Positions 47,053-56,074 of a DNA stretch of 64,000 nucleotides are shown here, piece by piece. This DNA is from a bacterium (GTDB lineage Bacteria; Bacteroidota; Ignavibacteria; Palsa-1295), in contig JBAWZA010000013.1 in NCBI GenBank assembly GCA_037143335.1, positions 9,208-73,207 of the forward strand, read 5' to 3'. The position numbers and the translations under genes were made by a program. The notes beneath the pieces were generated by a model that saw only the letters and a program-made list of their open reading frames with translations, ran no database searches and was not told the DNA's origin. The number at the start of each line of letters is the position of its first letter. Position 1 is the first letter of the stretch.

Positions 47053-48228
47053 ATGCCACCTCTAAGAAATAATATCGTCACTGGACGGACAATTATTGGG
47101 ACAACTGAAGACAATCTGCTTTTAGGCACTCGAGCTAAGAATTCGAGTATTCCATTGTCGCCAATTGACTCACCTCTTCGGGTTCATACCAATTTACTCA
47201 ATCCGGGTTGGGTAAGATTTAGCAAAAAAACAGGTGGTATTAGTTTGGCGCAAACACATACCATCTTTGTGCATGGCAAGCCAGTCCTCCATCCATGCCA
47301 AACAGGGAACGAATGTAGTTGTGACGGTACATGTATTGGCGACCAGAATCCTAATTTCACAAAAAGAAAGCAGACAATTGCTACAACGCTCGGTTCAGAC
47401 CAACCAGGGGGTACAGGAGGCGGTAAGGTATGTTATACAGATATCTGGGTAGATGACTACAGTGGATGTCCAAATGGCGTTTATAACCCTCTGCTCTGTC
47501 CGGGGGGGTACACAGTTAAAGTCCCAATTGCTTGCCCAGATGACGGCAATAATGGCCTCGGTGGTTTTGGTTTAGACCCAACAGGTGGAGGCTTTCGACC
47601 AAGCGGGGGCGGGAGTATGGATCCAGATGATAAGAACACAAACAAGAAGGATGGCACCAAGGTACCGATTATAATCACATCGAAAACAAAATTACTAAAA
47701 TTTAAAGGTACAAAATTCGAGTTACCAGATTGGAATGACAATGACCTGGGAAGTAAGAGAGATGCAACGAAAACAAGCAGTACGTCTAACTATTTAAAGG
47801 AACTTAATGAAAAAAAGAAGCAACTCACAAGCGACACCAATGAACTCAAAGAAATCCTAAATCAACTCAAAACTTCAACAAAAGAAGATAATCAGTCTGA
47901 TCTAAATAAGTTGATAGATTTAATTCTAATTCTTCTCCAGATTGCACTACGTAATCTCCCTAAGACACCCCAAACCCCAGGGTCAGATTGGGATCCTGAT
48001 GCCATTGATGCTGAGCGTAAAAGAACTTCTTTGAATCTCGAACTTGATAGAATTAGTTCTTCGCTTTTAGAATTGCTTTCAAAATTGAACAACGACCCAA
48101 ATTTTTTTCTCCCAGGTATAAGCAACACTGATTTAAGAAAAATGTTAATGTCTGGCTTATCAGACCTCGCTGACATAAGATCGGAGATAGCTGGCCTCAA
48201 TTTGAACCGTGGCAAAAGGTATAAATGA
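47053..48228 (+). CDS. hypothetical mosaic protein: Cys-rich and Gly-rich N-half, Lys-rich linker, helical C-half
   Basis: ORF only. It has 10 Cys in residues ~80-165, a GLGGFGLDPTGGGFRPSGGGS stretch, then coiled-coil-like LKELNEKKKQLTSDTNELKEILNQLK. Confidence 0.5.
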   Translation: MPPLRNNIVTGRTIIGTTEDNLLLGTRAKNSSIPLSPIDSPLRVHTNLLNPGWVRFSKKTGGISLAQTHTIFVHGKPVLHPCQTGNECSCDGTCIGDQNPNFTKRKQTIATTLGSDQPGGTGGGKVCYTDIWVDDYSGCPNGVYNPLLCPGGYTVKVPIACPDDGNNGLGGFGLDPTGGGFRPSGGGSMDPDDKNTNKKDGTKVPIIITSKTKLLKFKGTKFELPDWNDNDLGSKRDATKTSSTSNYLKELNEKKKQLTSDTNELKEILNQLKTSTKEDNQSDLNKLIDLILILLQIALRNLPKTPQTPGSDWDPDAIDAERKRTSLNLELDRISSSLLELLSKLNNDPNFFLPGISNTDLRKMLMSGLSDLADIRSEIAGLNLNRGKRYK

Positions 48229-48249
48229 CAATGCCATTAGGGAAATGAT

Positions 48250-49389
48250 TTATTTAAGCAAATCCAGGACATCATAATTTAAATCCTGAGTGGCCAACTG
48301 ATAGGGTGTTAAAAGATTACTGTTAACTATATTTTTGTTTGCCCCGTGACCTAGAAGTAGTTTCGTAATCTCTCGCTTATCGTCTCTAAATTTTTTCAAG
48401 TCTTGAGCAGAGCCACCATATTTACTGGGTGTTTTTGTTGCGTAGTGTAGAGGGATATTACCTTTGTTGTCAACCACATTGATTTCTGCGTTGTTCTCGA
48501 TGAGTAACTTTACCACCTCAATACAATTCCAGTACGCAGCATAATGCAACGCACATGCACCATAATTATCTTTCTCGTTTATCTTCGCTCCGTATTTGAT
48601 CAATTGTTGGACTACACCTACTTCGTTTGAACATCTCCCTGTATTACCTAAAAAAGTGGAGTAGATAAAGGGTGTTCTCCCCTCTCGATCTTTTGAATTA
48701 ACATTACTCCCTGCTCCCAGAAAAGTGTTTACGAACTCAACGTTCGATTGAATGACTGATATGAATAGCGGTGTCTTGCCAGAACTATCGCTTCGGTTAA
48801 CATCGGCTCCCGATTTGATTAGGAGTTTAATCATAGATAAAGAATTCTCTTTCGGTTCATAGGCTAGTGTATGGAGTAGTGTTGCACCATTTGATCTTAA
48901 TGTTTCATTCACATTAGCACCGTTTGAAATAAGAAGGTTTAAAATCTCTGTACTGGAGGAAGTAATTGCCAGTAGTATAAGAGGTTCAGAGCCACGATTT
49001 TGGGTACTATCTCTTCTGTTAATATCATATCCGTGTTTTAGGAACATTCGGACAATCTCTAGAGATTTTGCCGTATCAATTGCATTTAGTATTATGGGCC
49101 AAAAGATAGAATTGTTTCCCCGTTTAGACGTTAGATATTGGTCCGAACGATGGTTGAGAAGAAAATTTACCGCATTAGGTCTTAATGATTCGGAGGCTAT
49201 GAATAGTAGTGTTGCTCCCTTTTCATCCTGATACCGAGTAAGATTTGAGTCCGCTTTTATATATTTTTCCAAGATTGTGGTATCATCATTCGATACGGCG
49301 TCGAGAATTCCTTTCGGGAACACAAACGCTGTCGGTTGTGCGTTGCAGCCTAAGGCAAAGAAAAAAAGACAAAAAACACTAAACTTCAT
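48250..49389 (-). CDS. secreted ankyrin-repeat lipoprotein (about 8-9 ANK repeats)
   Basis: The ATG at 49389 gives MKFSVFCLFFFALGCNAQ. Repeated G.T.L..A......E.V..Ll..GA.vN units follow (e.g. GKTPLFISVIQSNVEFVNTFLGAGSNVN). Confidence 0.8.
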   Translation of the reverse strand: MKFSVFCLFFFALGCNAQPTAFVFPKGILDAVSNDDTTILEKYIKADSNLTRYQDEKGATLLFIASESLRPNAVNFLLNHRSDQYLTSKRGNNSIFWPIILNAIDTAKSLEIVRMFLKHGYDINRRDSTQNRGSEPLILLAITSSSTEILNLLISNGANVNETLRSNGATLLHTLAYEPKENSLSMIKLLIKSGADVNRSDSSGKTPLFISVIQSNVEFVNTFLGAGSNVNSKDREGRTPFIYSTFLGNTGRCSNEVGVVQQLIKYGAKINEKDNYGACALHYAAYWNCIEVVKLLIENNAEINVVDNKGNIPLHYATKTPSKYGGSAQDLKKFRDDKREITKLLLGHGANKNIVNSNLLTPYQLATQDLNYDVLDLLK

Positions 49390-49542
49390 TAAAGGTAAAC
49401 AACAAGGTTTTAGGAAGGATTCTGTTAGATGAAAGAATTCAATTTGAGTTGAGCCACATCTCTCAGACCTATACAGGGAAAACACTTTCCCTCGGTTTGC
49501 TGTTTACATGCGACTTTAAATCTTTTTTTGGAAATTTGTATT

Positions 49543-49608
49543 ATGAGTAAACCACTTGTTGGCGTTATTATGGGAAGTTCTTCGGATTGGGACGTCATGA
49601 AGAATACT
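49543..49608 (+). pseudogene. purE: 5' remnant of purE (N5-carboxyaminoimidazole ribonucleotide mutase)
   Basis: Hand translation gives MSKPLVGVIMGSSSDWDVMKNT... This matches the canonical PurE N-terminus (cf. PLVGIIMGSxSDWxTMK). Similarity is lost after about codon 22 and the frame stops at 49702-49704. Confidence 0.6.
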
Positions 49609-49641
49609 TCAAAGTTTCAGCAAAGCGTGCGAATCACCCCT

Positions 49642-49944
49642 TCAACTTGCGCGTCCGACGAAGGTACGGAGGTGAGTGATTATTTTGTCTTTTCTATTTT
49701 TTAGTCCAAACATTTTTCTGAGCGCGCGGCGGACATTATCCACCGAGTGAGGCTGAATTCCTAATTTTTTGGCAATCTCTTTCGAGTTGCTGTCAATCAG
49801 TAGTAGCGCACATACCTTGAGTGGTTTCCTGTCAAGTAGCGGATACTTCGATGTAAGTGAATTCAGAAAGTGTGGATGCAGTTTCTCAAGTTCAATGGAG
49901 AAATCTTGCCAAGCGTCAATGTCGTTTAAGTCGCGGATTGCCAT
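49642..49944 (-). CDS. small LuxR/GerE-type HTH protein
   Basis: The C-terminal HTH is KVCALLLIDSNSKEIAKKLGIQPHSVDNVRRALRKMFGL. The preceding W..F...L..LHP.F motif resembles the C-termini of larger FCB LuxR-type regulators. Confidence 0.7.
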   Translation of the reverse strand: MAIRDLNDIDAWQDFSIELEKLHPHFLNSLTSKYPLLDRKPLKVCALLLIDSNSKEIAKKLGIQPHSVDNVRRALRKMFGLKNRKDKIITHLRTFVGRAS

Positions 49945-50229
49945 AATTGAGTCGGATAAATATGTGATGCAATGTTTTTAAATCGTCGAAAGCGAAACTA
50001 TGCAAAAAAAAAGAGCAGGTCTAATGGATCGAATGGGTCATAAATACAATGCTAATAGATTAACCGTGGTTCCCAAACGGGGGATATTGAAAATTATCTA
50101 AACTTTATGGCTATTATTTTTCAGAAATCGGCAAGTAATAATTTCGTCTCTCCCTTCTCCACCCGGGAGTTTAATTAATGATAGATGTGATGTGCAACCA
50201 TTCGTTTCGGGTTCTGTTGTAAATAACCT

Positions 50230-53200
50230 ATGAAACTCGGAGGATATTTGCGGGTAATTCTTGCCCTTTTTCTATTTGGATTTGCATCAACTTCGGTTGC
50301 AGCGCTTCCGAGTATGCGCACAATATATTTTGGCGGAGTTCGCGGTTTTACCTACTACCCAGCTTCGATGGAAGTGATTGTTGGAGATACGATTCGATTC
50401 GTTGGTAACTTTTCTCAACTTCCACTACAAACAATATCACTACCTTCAGCGGCACTGCCATTTGGACCAGTGAATGTGGGCGATACATTCTACTATCTCG
50501 TTCAGGCCGAAGGGACGTACATCTATCAAAATCCCCAGTATGCGCCTATCGGAATGCGTGGAAGTTTTCATGCTTCGAAACCACAACTTGGGTTAACAAA
50601 TGACGGGCGCGAATTTTTCTTGGGGATGCTTTATCCCTCGTATAATTTTGTTTCAGGTGCTTATGTCAAGCCCGACTTCAGAGTGTTCGCATTGCTTTCT
50701 ACTTACTACGATAACGATGTAAGTGTGAGTTACTTTAACTCCAACGGCACAGAGACTACACCGCAGAAATATCACATCACCAAAGGCAGTTCGCTAAAAC
50801 TTCCGCTCCTGGTTTCGATGATGCAGATGGATACTGCCTCCGATGTAACTGCTTATAGATCTTGTCATATTCGTTCGACATACCCTCTCACAGTTTATTA
50901 CATCAGTCTGGGTGTATGCTCAGGAGGCTCGTATCTGGCGTTACCTTTGATGGGTCTCGGAAAAAAATATGTCGCCGCCTCGTTCAACGATAACCCAGGC
51001 AACGGAGCGCTAATCGGGACAGTAAATACGAGCGGTTACTTGCCAACGCAGTTGGATTATGCCGGTGGGGAAGTACTCGTGATCGGCACCGAACCAGAGA
51101 CTGTAGTAAAGATCACACCGACGTGCACCACTTCTACTGGGCACGTTGCGCTTCGACCATATACGATCTCACTTTCGCGCGGAGAGTGCTACCTTGTGCG
51201 AAGCCCGGGACAAAATGAGGACTGCGATCTTTCAGGTACGACTATCGAAGCTTCGCGACCAGTGTCGGTGATAAGTGGGCATGAGAATGCCGCGCTCGGA
51301 GGTGTTGATCCATACTCACTGGAAGCGCGCGATTTCATGATCGAACAAATGACGCCAGTAGAATTTTGGGATTCGACTGGATTTATTTCGGTGCCGCTTC
51401 CTGAACCTACACCAGCTCCGACCGAAGGCGTTGGCGATACATACCGAATTTATGTAAGCGGTGGCTCGGCAGCGAAAACGCATGTTGACGTCGTCGGAGT
51501 GAGTGGCGGATATGATCTGAGTGCGCGGGGACTCACGGCACCGCCACAACTTAGTGGCATAGATGAGCCAGTGGAGATCAATGCGACGGATGGAAAAAAA
51601 ATTGCTGTTATGCAATACGATGAACGGTCGCAACTCGGTCAGCAAGGACCGTGGCCGTGTCCGAGTATGATGACCGTAGTCCCAAAATCGAGATGGAAAA
51701 CTTCGTATTTCTTTTCGATGCCCGGAAGAACGAATGAAGAACAGACCTCACTGACAGCAATTTTTGTGAATGTGATCTCCCCTGATATTAGTGGTATCAA
51801 AGTAAAAATTAACGGTGGACCGGTAAAATCTCTTTCTACGATAGATCGCTTTGCAAATTTTACGAATGTTTCGAAGACCTATCCGGAGTTGAAGGGTTCG
51901 CAATATCTTTTTATTGCGAATTATCCTGCGTATCAATTTTTCTCGGATGATCCGTTCATGGTGTATTACTCATGTACACAATATTTTCAACCCGATCCGA
52001 CGCATGGTCAGAGTGACTACGCCAACTTCTACGATGAATATGCTTCCCCAGCAGGAATGCAACTCAACACGGGTACGACTCCACATTTTGCAATAGACAC
52101 TCAATTGTCCTGTGCTGGCTGGCATATCTGTGTTCGCGATACTGGCGCCAACGATCCCGGAATTAAAGCTGTCATGCTCGTGGACGATCCCGATGGAGTG
52201 TATTTTCAAGTCCCGAATGCACGCCCGTTAAATGTCGCGCTTGATAGCCTCTCTAATAATTTTAGTCATGGGGACTTGATTCCCGCTTGGCACTCCAATG
52301 CGAATTATTGCTTTGATGTAAAAATTCGCGATCACCTCTCTCCGAGCGATGCGACTGTGGCAATCGTTGATAATTTTGGGAATATACAAATTCTACACCT
52401 AACTGGATCTGCACCGTCACTAAAAATTATTACTCAACCATTCTCTGGCAACGATGATAGCCTTGCATTTCCGTTGGATAAGATTGGAGATACAGTCCGT
52501 GCAACTGTTACGATAAAAAATCTCGCAAATGTTGGGGCGACTGCGCTTGAGATTGATTCAGTGAGCTTTATGAAGCACTATCCCGAGTTCTTGGTGAATG
52601 CGCTTTCGGTACCGTTACCATTCAGGATTCAACCGGGTGATTCACTTACGATACAAATATCTTTTACCGCACGGGACTCGAATCGTTTGATTGATTCGCT
52701 TGTCATCCATTCGACGTGTTCATCAATTTTCATCACGTTGAATGCTCGAGGCGCGAGCGGACTCATTGATGCGCGCGACATGAATTTTAGTGTCGTTAAT
52801 ATTAATGACACACTTTGTAAAGATGTCACTCTGCGCAATGTCGGTACTGCTCCATTAACGCTCTCAAGCAATTATTCAATTATCAATCCCGAAAATTTTT
52901 CAATCGCGCCGAAGTCCGCAAGCCTTTTTCCATTGCGACTTGATCCGGGTGCCAGCAAGAAAATTGGGATCTGTTTTCATCCAACAAGTAAAGGCACGTT
53001 CGTCGGGAAAATTATTTGGGATAATGATCTCTTCGATTATTTCAAACACTCCGTCAAGGATTTCTCTGATCTGACTGGCACTGCTGTACCTCTGGCAGGA
53101 GTTGAGATGCAAATGCCCGACAACGAGTTGACAATTTATCCAAATCCTTCCAGATCTGGGTTTACTCGTATTACTATCCCATCAAGATTTAGTGGTTTAG

Positions 53201-53373
53201 CTATCTTGGAGATATATGATGTCTTAGGCAGAGAAGTGTACCATCGGCAACTGAGTGAAGGAGAAAAAAATATTACAGTGCCGACGCGTAATTTGCCGGA
53301 TGGCATGTATTCCGTTAGAGTAACGAATAATCGTGAAGTCCTCTCTGTACAGTTCGAGATCGTGAAGCTGTAG
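50230..53373 (+). CDS. large T9SS-secreted multidomain protein
   Basis: Signal peptide, then an N-terminal cupredoxin-like segment lacking Cu ligands and Ig/ASH-like repeats (LTLSSNYSIINPENFSI...ICFHPTSKGTF). The T9SS CTD is canonical (LTIYPNPSRSG...DGMYSVRVTN...FEIVKL). Confidence 0.75.
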   Translation: MKLGGYLRVILALFLFGFASTSVAALPSMRTIYFGGVRGFTYYPASMEVIVGDTIRFVGNFSQLPLQTISLPSAALPFGPVNVGDTFYYLVQAEGTYIYQNPQYAPIGMRGSFHASKPQLGLTNDGREFFLGMLYPSYNFVSGAYVKPDFRVFALLSTYYDNDVSVSYFNSNGTETTPQKYHITKGSSLKLPLLVSMMQMDTASDVTAYRSCHIRSTYPLTVYYISLGVCSGGSYLALPLMGLGKKYVAASFNDNPGNGALIGTVNTSGYLPTQLDYAGGEVLVIGTEPETVVKITPTCTTSTGHVALRPYTISLSRGECYLVRSPGQNEDCDLSGTTIEASRPVSVISGHENAALGGVDPYSLEARDFMIEQMTPVEFWDSTGFISVPLPEPTPAPTEGVGDTYRIYVSGGSAAKTHVDVVGVSGGYDLSARGLTAPPQLSGIDEPVEINATDGKKIAVMQYDERSQLGQQGPWPCPSMMTVVPKSRWKTSYFFSMPGRTNEEQTSLTAIFVNVISPDISGIKVKINGGPVKSLSTIDRFANFTNVSKTYPELKGSQYLFIANYPAYQFFSDDPFMVYYSCTQYFQPDPTHGQSDYANFYDEYASPAGMQLNTGTTPHFAIDTQLSCAGWHICVRDTGANDPGIKAVMLVDDPDGVYFQVPNARPLNVALDSLSNNFSHGDLIPAWHSNANYCFDVKIRDHLSPSDATVAIVDNFGNIQILHLTGSAPSLKIITQPFSGNDDSLAFPLDKIGDTVRATVTIKNLANVGATALEIDSVSFMKHYPEFLVNALSVPLPFRIQPGDSLTIQISFTARDSNRLIDSLVIHSTCSSIFITLNARGASGLIDARDMNFSVVNINDTLCKDVTLRNVGTAPLTLSSNYSIINPENFSIAPKSASLFPLRLDPGASKKIGICFHPTSKGTFVGKIIWDNDLFDYFKHSVKDFSDLTGTAVPLAGVEMQMPDNELTIYPNPSRSGFTRITIPSRFSGLAILEIYDVLGREVYHRQLSEGEKNITVPTRNLPDGMYSVRVTNNREVLSVQFEIVKL

Positions 53374-53378
53374 CGAGA

Positions 53379-53816
53379 TTAGAACGGGTGACTATCGAGG
53401 AATTCTTGCAAAATAATTCTCGCCGCTTCTTCATCGTGCCGATATTTCTCCTCGCGTTTTGATTTAGACCAACCCTGTTCAGCAATATTTGCTTGTGCCA
53501 TGATGGATGTGAGTCTTTCGTCATGAAGGAAGTGCTCTATTCCTTTTACATCCAATTTCTCAAATAGTTTATCGGCGAAAGCTCTGACGGACGTTGTGAA
53601 TTCACTGTCAGTGCCTCCTAAGGTGCGTGGTAGCCCAACAATAACGCAACCAACTTGCTCCTTCTCGACGAGGGCAAGAATTTCTTTTTGCAGGCGATTT
53701 GTATTTTCAAAAAAGCCAATCGGTCGTGCCAGCATTCGCAGTTCATCACTGATCGCTAACCCGACACGTTTCGATCCGTAGTCAATAGCAAGAATTTTTT
53801 TCCGACCTTCGATCAC
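53379..53816 (-). CDS. ruvX: Holliday junction resolvase-like RuvX (YqgF)
   Basis: ILAIDYGSKRVGLAISDEL N-terminus and ...DERLTS... motif. Confidence 0.85.
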   Translation of the reverse strand: MIEGRKKILAIDYGSKRVGLAISDELRMLARPIGFFENTNRLQKEILALVEKEQVGCVIVGLPRTLGGTDSEFTTSVRAFADKLFEKLDVKGIEHFLHDERLTSIMAQANIAEQGWSKSKREEKYRHDEEAARIILQEFLDSHPF

Positions 53817-56071
53817 TCTTCGTACCTCTCTGAAGTTGTAACCCCGCGAACATGTCGGAGTTTTTCAAGAAGCCTACTGAGATGATACGTATTTTTCACA
53901 TACACAGTCATCTTGCCATCAAACATTTTATCGGCAGTATCAATGCTGAAGGAGCGAATGTTTGTATTGTTATAACTTGAGATGACATGCGTGAGGTCGC
54001 TTATCATTCCCGGGCGATCTTCGCCGTAGATGCGAATACCTACCAAGAAATCAGCTCCCTCATCAGTGCTCGGCCATTCAACATCAATAAGTCGTTCGCT
54101 TCGTTCGTCAAGTTGCATCTGAATAGCGTTATGACAATTGCGACGATGAATTTTCACACCTTGACCAATAGTGATAATCCCGACGACATCATCGCCGGGG
54201 ACAGGGGTGCAACACTTTGCATAACTATAGAGCAAATCATCACGCTTTCCTTGAATAAGAATCCCTGCTTGCTTTCGCGATTCTTCAAGGTATGGGACTT
54301 CGTTCGATCCGCCAATGTCATCCTTCTTCTCCGTTGCGCCTGGTTTGAGCCAATCACGAATTTTCAGAATTAGTTCATCGAGTTCAATTCTTGACTCGGC
54401 GATAGCAAGGTGTAGTTTGCCGATATTGCCCCACGTAGTAGAGCCTGCAAATTTTGTGAGCGTATCGTCATTAATATGAAGCTTTGCTTTTGCAAGTCGC
54501 TTTTGAAGCAGGTCCTTTCCATCGTCTATCTTTTCGCGTTGGTCTTCATTCAAAAATTTGCGAATGAGATTCCGGGCTTTGTGCGTTACCACAAACTTTT
54601 CCCAATCAGGATTCGGCGTTTGATTCTTCGAGGTGATTATCTCGACTTGATTACCGGAAACAAGTTTGGTATGCAGTGGTACAATCTTGCCATTCACTTT
54701 CGCACCAATGGTGCGAAGCCCAACCTGTGTATGGATTTCAAAAGCAAAGTCAATGATGGTAGAATTCTTCGGGAGAATTTTAAGATCGCCCTTCGGGGTA
54801 AAAACATAAATCTCATCTTGATAAAGATTAAGCTTAAAGCTCTCCATCAAGGCTTTCGGCGCATCGTCACCGTGTTGCTCGAAAACATCTGATACCCACT
54901 TAACCCATTCCTCGATTTCAGGATCAGTCTTGGTGATATTCTCTTTATATTTCCAATGCGCAGCTACGCCTTTCTCGGCGATTTCGTGCATGGACTTCGT
55001 CCGAATCTGAACCTCAACCATTTTGCCCGTTGGACCAATGACCGTCGTATGGATGGATTGATATCCGTTCTTTTTTGGAACAGAAATATAATTTTTGAAA
55101 CGCTCAGGTACAGGAGTATAGATTGATGAGACTATCCCATAGACCGAGAAGCAATCATTGTCATTTTTTGTATCAATGATTATACGTACCGCGAATAAAT
55201 CATAGAGATCTTCGACCCGTTTGCCGAGCCGGATCATTTTATTATAGATAGAAAAAATATGTTTGGGTCGTCCGACAATTTCGAATTTGTATCCTTCACT
55301 AATCAACTCCTCTTTGATCGGCTCGACAACATCAGAAATATAGTTCTCGCGCTCGACTCGTGTCTCGACAAGTACCTTGCGGATATTATCGTAGGCTTCG
55401 CGATTGAGTACTTTGAATGAAAGATCCTCAAGCTCCCATTTTACTTTTGCAAGACCAAAGCGATGCGCGAACGGCGCATAAATATCAAGCGTCTCTTTGG
55501 CAAGCCGAAGTTGTCGCTCTGGCGAAAGGTATTCAATCGTCCGCATATTGTGCAGACGGTCAGCGAATTTGATGAGCATCACTCGAACATCATCCACCAT
55601 CGAAAGCATGAGCTTGCGGTAACTCTCAGCTTGGGTGATTTCTCGCGACTTAAAAATATCGGTGATCTTCGTTGCGCCATCAACGATGCCTGCAACTTCA
55701 TCGCCAAATTCTTCCCGAATTTCTTCGAGGCTGTAGGCAGTGTCTTCGACGACATCGTGAAGAAGTGCACATGCTACGGAAATGTCATCGAGCGGAATTT
55801 CCTGCGCGACAATCATCGAGACAGCGAAGGGATGAATGAAATATGGCTCACCAGAGGCACGGCGGTCATTCTTGTGGGCATCGAAACAAAGGCGCACCGC
55901 CTTTGTCACCATCGCCTCGTCAACGTTTTTTAGATTTTTTCTACAAGCTTCAAGAAGCTCTTGAAGTTTCTCTTCGTAGAAAGTCTCATCAAGATTTCGT
56001 CCCGCAATTTCAGCATTGCTTTCAAAAAGCGAGGACTCGAGGCTATCACTGAGTGGGATAGGGGATTCCAT
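53813..56071 (-). CDS. rel: bifunctional (p)ppGpp synthetase/hydrolase (long RSH)
   Basis: HD domain (HPFAV...LLHDVVEDT), a synthetase domain, and TGS and ACT regions. The 752-aa length fits. Confidence 0.9.
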   Translation of the reverse strand: MESPIPLSDSLESSLFESNAEIAGRNLDETFYEEKLQELLEACRKNLKNVDEAMVTKAVRLCFDAHKNDRRASGEPYFIHPFAVSMIVAQEIPLDDISVACALLHDVVEDTAYSLEEIREEFGDEVAGIVDGATKITDIFKSREITQAESYRKLMLSMVDDVRVMLIKFADRLHNMRTIEYLSPERQLRLAKETLDIYAPFAHRFGLAKVKWELEDLSFKVLNREAYDNIRKVLVETRVERENYISDVVEPIKEELISEGYKFEIVGRPKHIFSIYNKMIRLGKRVEDLYDLFAVRIIIDTKNDNDCFSVYGIVSSIYTPVPERFKNYISVPKKNGYQSIHTTVIGPTGKMVEVQIRTKSMHEIAEKGVAAHWKYKENITKTDPEIEEWVKWVSDVFEQHGDDAPKALMESFKLNLYQDEIYVFTPKGDLKILPKNSTIIDFAFEIHTQVGLRTIGAKVNGKIVPLHTKLVSGNQVEIITSKNQTPNPDWEKFVVTHKARNLIRKFLNEDQREKIDDGKDLLQKRLAKAKLHINDDTLTKFAGSTTWGNIGKLHLAIAESRIELDELILKIRDWLKPGATEKKDDIGGSNEVPYLEESRKQAGILIQGKRDDLLYSYAKCCTPVPGDDVVGIITIGQGVKIHRRNCHNAIQMQLDERSERLIDVEWPSTDEGADFLVGIRIYGEDRPGMISDLTHVISSYNNTNIRSFSIDTADKMFDGKMTVYVKNTYHLSRLLEKLRHVRGVTTSERYEE

Positions 56072-56074
56072 ACG

